Assembly: GCA_028534125.1 (NCBI GenBank)
Contig: CM052817.1
Coordinates: 4,590,001-4,654,000, forward strand
Length of the DNA: 64,000 nucleotides
Source of the DNA: Lama glama
Taxonomy: Eukaryota
Direction of reading: 5' to 3'
Part shown: positions 49,933 to 63,736 of the stretch, piece by piece
Numbering within the stretch: the first letter of the stretch is position 1
Layout of the letters: each line of letters opens with the position of its first letter
Translations under genes and position numbers: made by a program
The notes under the pieces: model-generated
The model's input: only the letters and a program-made list of their open reading frames with translations
Told to the model about the DNA's origin: nothing
The model's database searches: none

Positions 49933-51307
49933 GTGAGTTGGGATGTCTGTGTGACTTCATCGCTCCCCTTCACCCAGGTTGGGGCGGGATTCTGCCCCCT
50001 GCTTATGCGGGTGGCCGACCTCGTGCCACCCGACGCTGGACAGGTGAGCCTGACAGCAGTTCATTACTCACTGATGCTCACAGCCCCGGGGAGAGGGACC
50101 TGGCATGCCCCCCAGGGCCACCCGGGGGCTGCAAACAACCAGGGCCTGTGGGAGGCAGGCTGTGTAGTAACAAGAGGGTGAGGTGCCCGGTTCCCATGGG
50201 AGGATGCAGTGGGCTTGTTTGAAGAACTGCACAGGCTGGCAGGGAGCTGAAACCCACTGCTCTTGGGGAAGCAGGGTGGCGCCTGGTCCCCTTGATGGGA
50301 AGTGTTCCTTGATGAGGAGCCCTCGTCTCTGGGAGCAGGGTGGGGAGGGGATCTTGTGATCAGGCCCTCCCCGTGTCAGCAGGCGTCAGGGAGCTCGTGA
50401 TGGTGGCCTTACCCCACACTGCACCCTCTCTTCACCTGGCCCCTTCACTCATTGAACTCAAGAACCATGGAAAGACACCCACTTATAAACAGGATGTTGT
50501 AGGCAACAGCCAGCCAACATTCTTGCTCTAATAACTAGAAAAACATGGAGAATGTTTTTAAAGACACTGGAGAGCCATGGAAGCGATGAGGACAAGTTGA
50601 AATCAAATTCCGGAGGGACCAATGTTTGAAGGTCCTTTACTCCCTGCAGATTTGCCTGCTGTTGGTGCAGACTGAGATCAGTGTGGCCCAAAATTGGCCT
50701 TTAGTTGTGTGATAGAGACCAGCAAAGCTTTGGCAGCCATTTGGGGCTGGCACATCTGATTGGAAATAGGAGGAACCTCAAACGTGGCCCTTATGGGGCT
50801 ACAGAGAGGGATGGAATGTGGGCAGTGTAGACCGAAACACCTGGGTTTAAATCCCAGCATCACCACCAAGTGTCTGAGTGTAGGCAAGTTAGTCTCTCTG
50901 GGCCTCATGTTTCCTGTCTATAAAACACGATGCCAGTACTAAGTCATTTAGGGTGCTTCAGCCGCACATGATACTATCGGGTTGTTAGAAGGTGAAGAAA
51001 ACATTTTATAAGAAGTCAGGAGGTCCATTTACAGTTTTGATTCCATGACTCAATGATACTACCAAGGATCCAGCTCTCAACATCTTTTTGCTCCACCGTA
51101 CTCAGTGGGCTGCCTTGGTCTTTAGGCTCATCCCCTCAGGGTTTCAGGATGGCTGCTGCAGCTCCAGATGTCACACCCATCATCTCTTTTTAACATCTGA
51201 GGTGTTAATCCTTCCGATCCCACTGGGCAGGACTGTGTCCATCACAAGCCCATACCTAAACCGTTCACCAGCAAGGAGAGTAAAATGGCCGTGATTGTCT
51301 TAACCCA

Positions 51308-51520
51308 GGGGGCACTTCTGTAAAGTGCCAGGTGGTAAATACTGGAGGCTCTGAGGGCTGCATGGCTTCCGTTGCTACTATTCGGCTTTGCTGTTGCAGC
51401 AGGAAAGCAGCCACAGACAGTCACAGATGAGCATCACTTTGTTCCAATAAATCTTTATTGACAAAAACAGGCAGCAGGGCCAGACTTGGTCTACAGGTCA
51501 CAGATTGCTAGCTTCTGCCT
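51308..51520. mobile_element. MER58A-like hAT MITE
   Basis: ttctgtaaagtgccaggtggtaaatact...aaagcagccacagac...gttccaataaatctttattgacaaaaacaggcagc. Confidence 0.7.
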
Positions 51521-54439
51521 CAGACCAATCAGGATTCCCTCTGTGGGTCTGCGACAGGTGTTTCTATCCCCGCCGTTGTTGGAGGGCAACCCCTCTAAAC
51601 AGAAGCTGAGCTGGCAAGGGGTGAGGCAGTGCCTCTAGGTTAGGGCATCACCCATGTCTAGCAAAACGCCAGCGTCACAGCATTGATGAGGAACTGCGTA
51701 TTTAAATCTTCTAACATAACCCTTGGTCTGCAATAAGGGGGTGATAGGTGGTAGCTGCCATCGTCACCGCCATCATTCTTGTGCTGGAAGAACTCAGAGT
51801 ATCAGGAGGAAAACAGACCCAGAAATAGAGGATTGTGAGAAGCGAAGCACAAGCGATTAGCCAGGTAACTGCGTGGAGGACCAGGATCCTTGCTAAGCTC
51901 TGCAGGAGGTGCGTTTTGGATGCCAGCCACTGACCTGGCACTGGGAGCCAGAGATGAGAGGACTCTGCCCACCGGTGCTTTGCTGAGGGGCGGCAAGACT
52001 AGACGGTGGGGCAGCTTGAAGGTCCTTGCCTGGGTGGGACACTGGGAGACCAGTCTCATCGGAAAAAGAACAAAATTTAAAAACCCCACCAACAGCTGCA
52101 TGGTGGAGAGGAACACCACCTACCTTGTCTGTTTATTCTGAGTAGTAGAAACTGTTTGCATTTAAGGACATAATTGTGCCCATTTGGCAGTAACCTCAAG
52201 CCTCTCTTCCCTTTAACCAGCAAACCTGCCAATCAATCTCCCTTAAAGATGCTATCCTGTCAACAAACAAACGAACCCAGAAAACCTTATTCAAGCAAAG
52301 CAACAAAACCAAAGCCCTTGTACTCTTCTTTCCTTGGTATGGACACTTCACAGTTTCATTTGGATCTTGTTCACAGTTTAAATTCTGAATCTGTAGCCTT
52401 TTTATTGGAAATGGTTGCACCGACATAGGATCGTAAAGGCGATGTTGTGGGTCAGGGGTGGGGCGGAGGGAAGGAGAATGAGTCCTTGTCGGTGTATCTG
52501 CTCAGTCTGTCTGTCCCCATCCTGTCTTGACCCCGCATCCTGCTGGCTGGACATCGGTGGTCCTCTCAATCTGAACGCTGCCAGAGACACCAGACATCAT
52601 TCTGCCCATCCTTTCTTGGTGGCAGTTACATCCGGTGGGAACAGGGTCTTCCTGGCCTCAGCAATGCAGTGCCTCCTCCTGCAAATGCTCTTCCCTGGGG
52701 ACCGACCTTTCGAATGGGAGGGCAAGTCCCAGGTGTTTGCAGAGTGCGAGATTGTCTCAATTTAGACTATAATCTCTCTCCTCTTCCTCATCTCTCTTTT
52801 TTATGGTTCTGTTCTTGTTTATTTCCCAAACTCTGTGTTTGTTTCTTTGAGCAAACAAGATGCTGTCTTCTCCATGCCCATGAAAACCAGATCCTTAACT
52901 GCCACTTCTTATTGCCGTGAGTTGTTCTCAGCAGTAATTACTCAGCTCAACCTCTGTTCCAACAAAGTGTCTTTACTCACTCCAGCCGGCTTTGGACTCT
53001 TCCAAATGAGTTTGACCTGACGTTTCCATTCCCAGGTGGCCATCTTCTTCCCCTTCATTTGGTTCCATTTTGCAGGGAGTTTTACTAAAGCCAACCCAGA
53101 TTTAGTGGCCAGAGAGGAAAAGAGAAATCTCAGTTTGCTATCAGAAAACTTGATTTTCCGAACGGTTATAGAGGGTCAATTAACAATACACAAGACGTGA
53201 GTCTGCTGATGCACGTTGCTTATTTAAGACTCAAAAAGGTTGCAGCCTGTATTTTGACGCATTAGGTAGAAATGACTTTGCACAGTCGTTTTTGAGACAT
53301 ATTTTTATAAGCTTCCTGATTGCAAGCAAGATGGAGTTGCTGTAGACCTGGTCCCAGAAAGTAAGAATTAATAAGGATGTGTATTTTGTCAGGGAAAGTG
53401 TGTCTTTGAGACTTCTTCCCTAAACTCCTGCCTGGGTTTTAAATTCCTTCCGGGCAGAGACCCTGTGTCCTGTATTTCTACGTCATCTTGAACCGCCTGT
53501 GTTATCCCGTATCGCCTACCTAGTGGAGGGTGAAGACCAGACCACCCGGGGTCTACCAGATTTGAAGATGGGCAAGAGCAAAGGCTGAGGTTCATTTTGA
53601 AGTTGCTCTCACCCCAGATTCCACTTAAACGTGGGGCAGAGGTTCTCCGCCAGAGAAGGCACAGAGGAGCAGCTGCAGCTTCCTGAAGCTGTTTCAGGAC
53701 AGCCATGACCACTTTACTGTCCTTGCTGGAGGACGGTTTAGGCCTCCACTTGTGATGACGCATAGTCCTGCCGGACAGGATTGGAAGGATCAAAGCCTCA
53801 GGAAAACTGATGGGTCCCATGGAACCCAAGACGTAGGCCAGGGGCCTTCAGACCGCTTCTGGCTGGGGGCCCGCTTCTGCGCTGATGGTCTTACTCTGTT
53901 TCCATGAAACTTCCTAGCTGAGCCGCAGTCCCACCCACTCACACTGAGATCCGGGCCTGGTGGGCCTGGCCCTGGCCCTCCCACAACAGTGTCCTGCGGC
54001 TGTTTCTGAATTTTAAAGCATCCACAAAGCGTATTTTATGCAGCCAGAGCTGATGGAACATTACTGGAATAACCAAATGGATCTGTGCTTGTCTCCAGAG
54101 GACATGCTGGTGATCAGAGAACAGACACACATGGCCCCAAGCAGGAAGGAAGGCAAAGGCCTCCCCCTGAATCGCTGGCTCCTGGGTCGGGGAGGATGTT
54201 CTGTCCAGAAGTCCCAGCAGGCTTCCTCTTACGTGTCCTTGGCCGGAACTGGGTCCCGAGAGGCGGGAAAGTGAGCCTGCGGCCAGTCTCCCCGTAGAGG
54301 GGCTGTGGGCCCTGCCTCGGAGAAAGAGGGGAGTGTCCGTCAACGTCCTCATCTGTGACTTGGCAGGATCAGCGACGATGCAGCTGAATGCATTGGCTTC
54401 CTGGGGCTACCTAACTGGGGGCGTCAAAGCACGGGAAGG

Positions 54440-54808
54440 TCTTCTCTCCTGCTCTGGGGGCCGGAAGTCTAAATCGAGCTGTTGGCGGGGACGCACTCTG
54501 TCCAAAGGCTCCAGGAGAGAATCTGTCCCCCGCCTTTCTCACCCTTCTGGTGTTGCCGCAGTCCTTGGCATTTGCTGGCTTGTAGGCTTGTCAGTGTCAC
54601 AGGGCCTTCTGCCCGTGTGCGTCTGTCTTGTCTTCTTTTAAGGACACCAGTCATACTGGGTTGAGGCCCACCCTCCAGTATGACCCCATCTTAACTTCCT
54701 TCTTAATTGCCTCTGCAGAGACCGTATTTCCAAAGACGATCACATCACAGGTCCCGGGGGTTCAGACTTGAACACACTTTTTTGGGGTGACACAGGCAAC
54801 CCTTAACA
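54440..54808 (-). mobile_element. MaLR LTR (MLT1B-like), partial
   Basis: ttttaaggacaccagtcatactgggttgaggcccaccctccagtatgaccccatcttaac...caacccttaaca. Confidence 0.7.
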
Positions 54809-55322
54809 GTCACTCACTCAGCCTGGTTTCCAGCACAGAACAGGTTTTCCCGAAAAGAGAGCTGCTAGTCGTTGTCCTTTAAAGGCCCAGCATGAGGTCC
54901 CCCGGCCCCTGACTTGCTGAGAGGGGCCCCTCTCGTTCAGGCCGCTGGTCCCCCTGACAGTCTGCCGCTGACCAGGCTCAGTGCACAGTCTTGTTTCTAT
55001 GTCTCTTCTAAAGGGAGACCAGGTTGTCTTTGGGCCATGAGTGCTGGGAGCATGGTTGCCTCCTCACAGACTTGCGCACAGACTCGTCTCATTCAACTGG
55101 ATTCTCAGCTCCCAGATGACGTTTGTGTCCAATGCAGCAGACATCAGGGGCTCAGATACACTGGTGGAACGAATGCCTGATTAAGGAGAGGCTGGGTTTT
55201 TTCCAGAAGTGGATGTAACTAATGGAGCTTGAGCTCTGAATTATCGCTCCCCGACCTGGAGCACCCCCCACCCTCAACTCTTCTCTCTCCACGAAACCAC
55301 ATCAACATTCTTGCTTCACCAG

Positions 55323-55527
55323 GAAGCTCTGCTCCTCCCCCTTCTCCCTGTCTGAAGAGGAGCTGCTCCACATGAGGCAGGACGCTCACGGCTGCTTCGC
55401 TCAGATGGACAGGACCCTGGCCCTCCCCAGAATCCGGGCCCGAGTCCTGCTGCAGCGATTCCAGACTGCGTGGCGAGAAGCAGAGTCCTCGAAGCTGGAC
55501 CAGGCCCTGGCCGCCCCTGAGCTGCAG
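55323..55527 (+). CDS. EVC2: EVC2 exon 15 equivalent
   Basis: cttcaccAG acceptor, cag|GTagga donor, 205 nt, phase 2-0. KLCSSPFSLSEEELLHMRQDAHGCFAQMDRTLALPRIRARVLLQRFQTAWREAESSKLDQALAAPELQ. Confidence 0.96.
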
Positions 55528-56792
55528 GTAGGATGGGTGACTCGGGGCCTCGTGGTGCAGCGGCGGGGCCTTGCAGCTGCTGAGGCTGCAGGACCGTCCC
55601 CGCCCTCGGCTTCCCTCAGCTCAGCCTCTCCTGCCCTCTCCTCCTCAGCTGTGTTGGCCTCGGCTGCTCCTGGGACCACCGAGCTCATGGTGACCTTCAG
55701 TCGTGTAGTGGGCACACGGGGCCTGGGCTGTGCACTGTCCACCAGCAGCCGCGAGTCTCAGCCCCTTGTGGCTCACAGCTCCGCCCCTTTCCTGGGTGTG
55801 ACCCTGGGAGGTGGGAGCCATCTGGCCTGGGAGGTAGCTCTCCCTCCTGCTCCCTCCCTCTGCCATAGCCAGTGAGCCGCTCAGGGTGCAGAAGGCTGGC
55901 CCCTCTGTAAGTGGCGTCAGGAAGATGCTCACCTCAGCTCAGGTGGGTCAGGGAAAGGGTGTGAGGGAAGCCATTCTAGGTTAGGGTAATAGTTGCAAAA
56001 ATTGTGCAGTTATAGTGGCACCTGCTACCTACATTCATTCCTTCAGCAAATCACAGTTTACTGAGCACCCACGACCTCTTCTGAGGCCCCTCTCACCCTT
56101 GCTCCAGGCTTCAGGTCTTCAGGGTCTGGCACCCTCTGTGCCCAGGAATTCATACTCTTGGCACCTCGTCATGTGGGGCTCAGCGGCGGGGTCACTCCGT
56201 CCCATTTGTGAAGAAGCAGGTACGTGTGCAGGTGGAGCACACTGTCACTCCGGGGGCTGGGCTGTGTTAAGCCCTCCGCGCCTGGTGCCTCCTAGGATGG
56301 ACGCGTGTGATCGTCCCTGCAGGTGTTTCCCCGTCCACCCAAAGTAAGGCAGTGCCCTTGTCTTCCGTGGGCTTACCGACCCTCTGAAATCAGCTTCCTC
56401 AGTTACTTGTTCTCATGTCTGCGATTGTTTCCTCTGCTGTTTTGTAAGCTTCACAAGGGTGGGGACCTCTTCCATCCTGTGTCCTACTCGGAGAGGCTGA
56501 TGGGTAGAGGCGCCCCTGCTGGGGAGGGGGTGGACGCACGGTGGGTCCGCTGCTGTCTGACTGCAGAGCCCTGGCTCTGCCCGCGAGCGGGCCTCGCCTC
56601 CCCCTGCGGCACGGGCCCGAGGGCCCCTGAACAGAGCTCGTGCCAGGCGGGCGTGCGTCTTCCCGCCCCTCTCCAGCTAAGGCGGCTGAGCTGGGCCGAG
56701 ACCCGCAGGAGCTCCTCTGGGCGCGGAGAGACAGGGGGCTGCACGAACCTGCTGGTCGGCACTCTCCTGCCAATGTCTTCTGCCCCCTCCAG

Positions 56793-56915
56793 CTGCAGTC
56801 CAAGGCCAGAAAGCCACGCTGCAAGAGCAAAAGCAAGATAGACCTTCTGAAGAAGTGCATTGAAGATAAAATTCGGCTCTTTGAGCAGCAGGCCCCCGAA
56901 GACCTGGCTGAAAAG
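56793..56915 (+). CDS. EVC2: EVC2 exon 16 equivalent
   Basis: ccccctccAG acceptor, aag|GTcagt donor, 123 nt. LQSKARKPRCKSKSKIDLLKKCIEDKIRLFEQQAPEDLAEK. Confidence 0.95.
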
Positions 56916-59900
56916 GTCAGTGCTGCCTCCTGGCACGCGGCAGGGCTGGCGGCTGCCCCGCATGAGGGCGCACAGAGCCCGGGGTTCCACGGGGACGCAG
57001 CCGCGGGGTGGGCGGGGCGGCCACCTCCAACACGCTGCTGGGTGGCCCACGGTCAGACCCAAGGGGATGTTGTCGGAGGAGGACAAGTTGGGATTTGGTT
57101 TGGCGGAAGGAATGGGTGACCTGAGCTATGGCCAAGGACACAGTGAGGGCTCTGGGGACCCCAGAGAATCTGCAGCCCTGGGAAAAGGCTGCTTTGCTGG
57201 GGTGCTGGGTCTCCCGTGGTAGCAGACTCTCAAGTGCCAGGCTGGCAAGATGGGCTGAGTCTCACCACCACCACAGAAGGAGGGGGGATGGGAGGAAGGA
57301 CCGGGTGAGATGTTTCCAAGATTCCCTGAGCCGGACTCAGCCGCCCACCCTGCCCGGAGCTCTCCTGACACCACGTCCCGGCCACTCTTCTGGCCGGTCT
57401 CCTGTTAAATCCATGATGTGTTGTGACTTCACTAAGAAATAGGAACATTCTCTCCCCCATTGTACAGATGCAGAAACTGAGTCTTAGAGAGGTTTGTGAG
57501 TCTAGCCGGGGCTCCCGCAGCTGGGGCGGCGGGCGGATCCCACACTGAAAGCTAAGGCTCTCTCTGTTCTTGGTCTTCAGGGCTGACAGAGCATATTCTC
57601 ACACGACATGGTTATTTCCCCGATTTGTGTGATGTGGGACGGACATGCTGAGGCCCCCACCTCTATAAAATGCGGATTGAGACGAGAACCCTTTGGTCCC
57701 TGGGTTTTGTGAGGACCTAATGGGTTGGAACGGCCTTTTAACTTGGAGGAGGCTCCAGGGCCCGTTTCCCCCATAGTGGAACAGCTCTGGCTGCTCCCCA
57801 ATCCAGGCTTCACCGAGAGAGGTGGCCGACAGTCATTTGTCAGCTGTGACCTTTGAATGACAGGCTGTCATCACAAATGGCTATTTCATTGTGGCAAGTG
57901 CCAGTAGACTAGGCCCTCTCGAGACAATGGCTTTGATGTTCCTCCCGAAATTGATCGACTGCATCTCTTAGCACCGGAGCCGCAATTGTTCAGAGTCTGT
58001 TATCCGCAAGGTAATTGCAGAGCAATGATAGCCCTGGGGGACGCAGGCCAGCAGCTAAGAATTGTTCAGTGGAGTTTCAGGACTGGGACGCCCCTCCAAG
58101 CTCATGCAGCTGTCACGACGGAGCTGGGTCTTGCTGGCCACTGCCCCAGGATCCCTGGGAAAGCCTCAGCCTGGCTGGCAGTGTGCTGTCCCATGGGGCT
58201 GAAGAGCCCGCTGGAAGCACCTGCAGGGTGCCCCTTTCTTCACCTCTACCTTTCTTCTGCATTGGATACCAACCCCCCCCAGCTCCAGGCTGATGTGTCT
58301 TCTGTCTAGACTCTCCCATCTGGAGGGGTTGGGGTCCCTGAGGTCACGCTGGCGGTGAGAGGCGGAGCTGGGGCTCCACCCAGGCACGTCCGCCTCCATC
58401 ACCCGTGCGGTTGTCATCGCGGTGCTGGGCGGCGAGATGGCTTCAGCTTCCCAGCATGACTGGTGCTCTTCCCCACGCCCCTCCCTTCCTTCCCTTTGTT
58501 TTCTTTTCCTTGCCCTTCTCAGCTTTCCCCTCCCCTCCCTTTCCTTCACTTCCTCCTTTAGGGAGCATTTTCTGGCCTGTTCTCTGCACCAGGCACTGTT
58601 CTAGGATCCTGCTCTTGAGACGCTCACTGTTGCAGACCATTGCAGACCAGCAGCCGGTTCTGTGCTTCCACCACTTGGACATTTGCATCCTGCTTTTGCA
58701 GAGAATCCTGCAGGCTCAACCTCAGCTCTGACTTGAATGAGTGATGCGTGACTCATTCCGAAAGAGCTGTACGACTGGTTCCGGGAGGAAAGGAGACAGG
58801 CAGAGGGATGAAGGTGGGCTTCCCGCCTGCCCCCCTTCTCTGTCCAGCTAGTGGGTCACTGGGGTAAGGGGTCAGCTCCGGCCAGAGGCAGCCGTCCTGC
58901 GTGGCTGGGGTGCGCTGTTGCACCCCACAGACGCCCCGCCCTTCTGCTGGGCTCACTGCAAGTGCACAGATGCTCCGTTTTACACCTGGAAGACTGCAGG
59001 GCTTGTATGTTTTAGAATAAGTTAATCAAGTTCCAACATGAATTTCTGTTGTGATTGAACTAAAATCACAGGTTAATTTGACAGTTACCTTCCCTCCAAA
59101 AAGGTGGAATGTTTCTTATTTTATTTGGATCTTCTTTTAGGACCTTTAGTAGATTTTACATTTGCTTCCATTCAGTAGGGTGAACACACATCTCGATGTG
59201 CCTGGGACCGTCCCAGTCTCCCCTGTCATCCTCACGTCCCTTCCCATTAACTCTCCCTTTTACCCTCAACTTGGGTGAGAAATCATTTGGCCACTTTATC
59301 CACAAGGGCTGCCTCAGGTCTCGGGGGTTCCTTGTGGTGATTCTCGGTACGTTGTAGGTTTGGTTGCAATTGTGAATGATTGGCCTGTTTTCAATGATAT
59401 CTTGGGCTTTTTTGATACTGGGATAAAGAAATGTTACTAGTGTTTATGTCTTTCCTTCGTTCTATCTCTGGAGCCAGACCACTGTGTCCAAGCCCCTAGC
59501 CCTGCCCCTTCCTAGCTGTGTACCCTGAAAAGTTACTTAACCACTCTGTGCCCTTAAGTACTCATGTTTCCAGTGTGGATACTAGACACACCGACCTCTT
59601 AGGATCATTGGGAGAACTTGTCCGTTGATTTTTTGCGTAGTCAGTCATAACGCCTGCGAATAATCCCAGCTTTGTGGCCTCCCTTCCGATCCTCACACTT
59701 CATTTCATTTCCTTATCACTGTTTCCGTGTCCTTGTCTTCTTATTCCATCATCGCTCTCACATCCATTGGTTGGTTTTTCTCTGGACAATGGATCACATT
59801 TTCCTGCTGCTTCGCATGCATGGCGATTTTTGATTGTAGATGTTACATGTTGGGTACTGGATTTTGTGTTTTCTTTAATAGTGTTGGAGTTTGGGCATGT

Positions 59901-62900
59901 AGGTGTGTTATTCGGGATTCATTTTATCCTTCCAAGACTTGCTTTTAAGCTTTGTTGGGCTTGCTCAAGAGCTACTTTAAGTCGAGGGCTAACGTATCCC
60001 CACCGCTGAGACGAGACCCTCCTAAGGACTCTGCCCGACGCTTGGTGTTACAGGGTCTTCTCATTCTAGGCAGTGGGAGCGCAAGCTCTTCCCAGCCCTG
60101 TGTGAGCTCCAGAAATTGTTCTGCCTGTTATTTCTGGCTCTTTCCCCAGCCTGGCAGAGGTTTTTTTTTTTTTTTCCCAAGTATACACAGGACTCAAAGT
60201 CTTGAGGGCACCCTTGCAAATCTCTGGGTATCTCTCTGTGTGTGCAGCTCCCTCCTCTCTGGGACTCTGCCCCACAAATTCTAGACTCAGTGGCCTCCCA
60301 ACTCTGCTTTAGTTTTCTGAGCCCACTGGGCCCGCTGCCCGCCCCCTGGGTTTCTCCGCACCCTGTCGTGGTCTGGGAACTGCCTCCGGGCTGCGGGCCG
60401 GGCGCTGTGGGGTCACCTTGTCCATCTCCTTCCTCTCAAGTACCCCATCCCTGTGCTGCCTGTTGTTCGGTGTCCGGAAACCAATGCATCATATAATTTG
60501 TCTAGTTTTCTAGTTGTGGGAAAGTGAATCTGGTTAAAGGGTAAATTTGTTCCCTGTCCCTCTGCCATGGTTGGACATAGCTTTTAACCTTTCCTTTTGT
60601 TACCGATTTTTAATTTTAACGGCTCCTAAAAAAAAAAACAACTTAGCCTTTTGTACCAAGTTCTACGTTTATTCTGTTTCAGTTCGAGAACAAACTACCT
60701 ACGATGATGATGCTTTGAATTTGCTGAGGCTTCGCTTACGGCTTTATTTGTCCTCAAAAAGGCTGCACGTTTTCTGTTCGGTGCAGGAAAGGGAGCACTT
60801 AGGAGGCAGGGGAGGCCCAGGTCTTGCGAAGCCTGGAAGGTTACTCTGAGCTGCTCGGAGCTTTTGAGGCAAAACTGAGAAGATCAGGCGCTTCGTAGAG
60901 ACTGCTCAGAGGGACACTTTCATGAGGAGTTCTGGAAGGCGGTCCCTGTTGTCGGTCCCCCACTCCTGACTGCTGCTCTCGTTGGCCCTGGGGTTTGGGG
61001 GCCGGGGCTCAGTCTGATCTGTTCTTTTCCTTCTGCTTGTAAGCGTGAGGTGGAAGTTAAGGAGGCAGCCTCAGCCCCTGTCGAGAGCCAGACTGATTTC
61101 TGTGAACTGAGGGGCCCGCGGCCAGACGCCTCAGCGGGAATGAGGACCCAGTGTGGGCTTGCTAGGCAGTCAGAGGTCGCTGTCCACAGTGGCCGGCCAG
61201 GTCCGTGCCACTGCCCTCTCCTGGAGGGGAGCCAAGGAGGGCTGCGTGGAGGTGGGGGTCCGGTTGGTAAAGGGACATTCAAACGCCCACCTTGACATCT
61301 AGGAGACTCTGAAGAGCTTGGGTAGTTCATCGGATCTGCAGGACTGGAAGGCTGCCACTCACAGTGGCCCCCGGCCAAGGGCTTACTTGCTCAATGCCTT
61401 GGCCGGGACAGAGAAAGTGTCTTCTTCCTCCCGCCTTGATGGGGAAGCCAGTCCACAGAGCAGAGCAGCTGTGCAGCACAAACCGTGAGGCTCGTTTTAC
61501 TTTCCAGCTATTAGAAATAGATCTGTCTGTCTCTCTACATTTATCTTCTGTCTGTCTGTCTGTCTGTCTGTCATCTCTCCTTTTTATTTAACACTGAAAC
61601 CTGAAGGTCTTCCGCATCGGTTCATCAGAGCTCCCTCGCTGCTTTTCCAACAGCACAGCGCTTCACGGTGCACGCGAGCCTTCAGTGATTTAACCAGCCC
61701 TCAATTAATGGACATTTGGGTTCTTTTCGACCCCTCGCTATTCCGGGTGGTCCTGGAACCTATGCGTGCGCCCCACACGCCGCTGTGGGAGGCAGGTAGA
61801 GCACCTCTTACTGCTTGCCGTTCGCAGGTGCGAATGCTGGCACTCAGAAAGGCTGAGGCTTGTCCAGGACCCTGAGGCTCCTGAGTGGTAGGGCGTAAGG
61901 CACAGGTCTCTCGATGCCTGTCCCCGCATCCCATTGGCAGACTTTTGTTTGACAGCAAATGAGGGCAGTATTTCAGTTAACCGTGGGCGTGTTGTCTTGC
62001 TGTTTTTGCACAGAGTGTATCTAAACTTCGCATCAGTGCTCCTGAGGGACGTTTAAATAAAGACGAACTTGACGTGACCGTGTCTTCTGCTCACCGGTAC
62101 TTCTGGTGGTGTTGTCGTGATGTTGCCCTCCGTCTGGGCGGCATGTCGACCGCATGTCCACTCACCCATCCACTCTCCATTCAGTGTTCCCAGGTCTCGC
62201 GATCTGCTGTGTTTGCACACCTCATTAGCAATCCTTCCCCAGAAGCAGAACCCCTGCACTGCGATCGACCGTGCCTTCAGTTGTGTTGCCTCGGCGGTTA
62301 GGCAGGGGTGGCTGGCACTTCTTTCGGAAACAGCCCACCCCTGTCATTTCAGAAGAGACTAGAGTTTAAGAATGCAAATCATGGGCTCATTTTCAGGTGA
62401 CCTGACAAGAGAGAAAGCCGATGGTACAGATCCTTATAAAACTTAGGAAAGAAGGTACATGGACAGGGAGTGCATTTTAGGAACAGGTGGGAAAATCCAT
62501 CCATCCACCTACAAAGACTGGGAAAGCCTCCAGATGGTCCTCTTCCTGTCTGCTTGCGCCCCGGTTTCATCCCTCAAGGCCGACCTGTCAAGGCCATCTC
62601 CCTGAAGCCCCGTTCGAAAGGAAGTTTCGCAGCTTCCTAAAACCACAGGCCTGAACAACTCAATAACCATCTTGTTAGTTTTCTACTCTTTCAAATCTTT
62701 TTCTACATTGTGGATTTTTTAAAATAATTACAAATGAAGAAACTTTTTAAAGGAAGAAACAAAGCTCCCCATATTGTAAACTGTTACTTTTATCTCTCTC
62801 CTGATCCCAAAGGCAACTCTATTTAACTGATGATAATAATCATAATAAAAATAATAGTGGTAATAGCATGATGCCACTATTTATTGGGGGCTCATTAGAT

Positions 62901-63004
62901 ACCAGATGCTATGCTATGCGTTGTCTCCTGTCATTTTATTGTTTGCTTTTCTCACACAAAACTGAGACTCAGAGAGCTTAAGACACTTCTCTAGGTCACA
63001 CAGC

Positions 63005-63631
63005 TGATGCAGGAGAACAGATTTGGGGCGTGAGGAGGGCCGTGTCCCAGGCTTCGACTGAGCCCCTGGAACGTGTCCCGCCAAGTGTGGGTCCTTGGCT
63101 TCGCACAGGGAAGAATTAAAGAGCGAGTCACAGTTGAGTGAAGGTAGATTTATTCAGAGAGGTAACATTGAAAGGCAAGAGAAAGGCCACGAGGTGTGGG
63201 GGTTGGGTGCTCAGATTAAAAGTAGGTACACACTCCATACACAGAGTGCAGGCCGTCTCCAAAGAGGGAGAGAGAGGGGCGGCCACGAGGCATCCTGTTG
63301 CTGGTTTTTATGGGCTTGGTGGCTTCATATGCTAATAAGTGGAAGGACCAGTCTAAGAGGAAGGGGCTGGGATTCCCAGGAAGTTGGCCATTTCCCACCC
63401 TGTGACCTCCTGTGGCTAGCCCTGGGACTGCCATGGCGCCTGTGGGCGTGTTATTCACCATGTTAATGTATTACAATGGGCATAGAATGAAGCTCAAGAT
63501 CTGCTAGAAGTTCAATCTCCCATCATCCTGAGCCTCAAGGCCTCCTGGGGGCTGAATCTTCCACCATTTTGATGTTAATTGCTGTGGCCGTCCTTGAATG
63601 GCTGTGCCCTGCCCCCTTCCCTCCCGGCTCA
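63005..63631 (-). mobile_element. ERV1-type solo LTR (family A, copy 2) inserted in a MIR
   Basis: TG...CA termini, perfect TSD CAGC (63001-63004 / 63632-63635), tttatt poly(A) signal on minus strand, similar to the 20301 LTR. Confidence 0.88.
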
Positions 63632-63736
63632 CAGCTAGTTAAATGGTAAACATGTGGATGAGAGATAACAGATCTGCCATAAACAAAACAGACAAAACTA
63701 TGCTGACTCTTAATTTGTTTGAGATTTTTGCACTTT

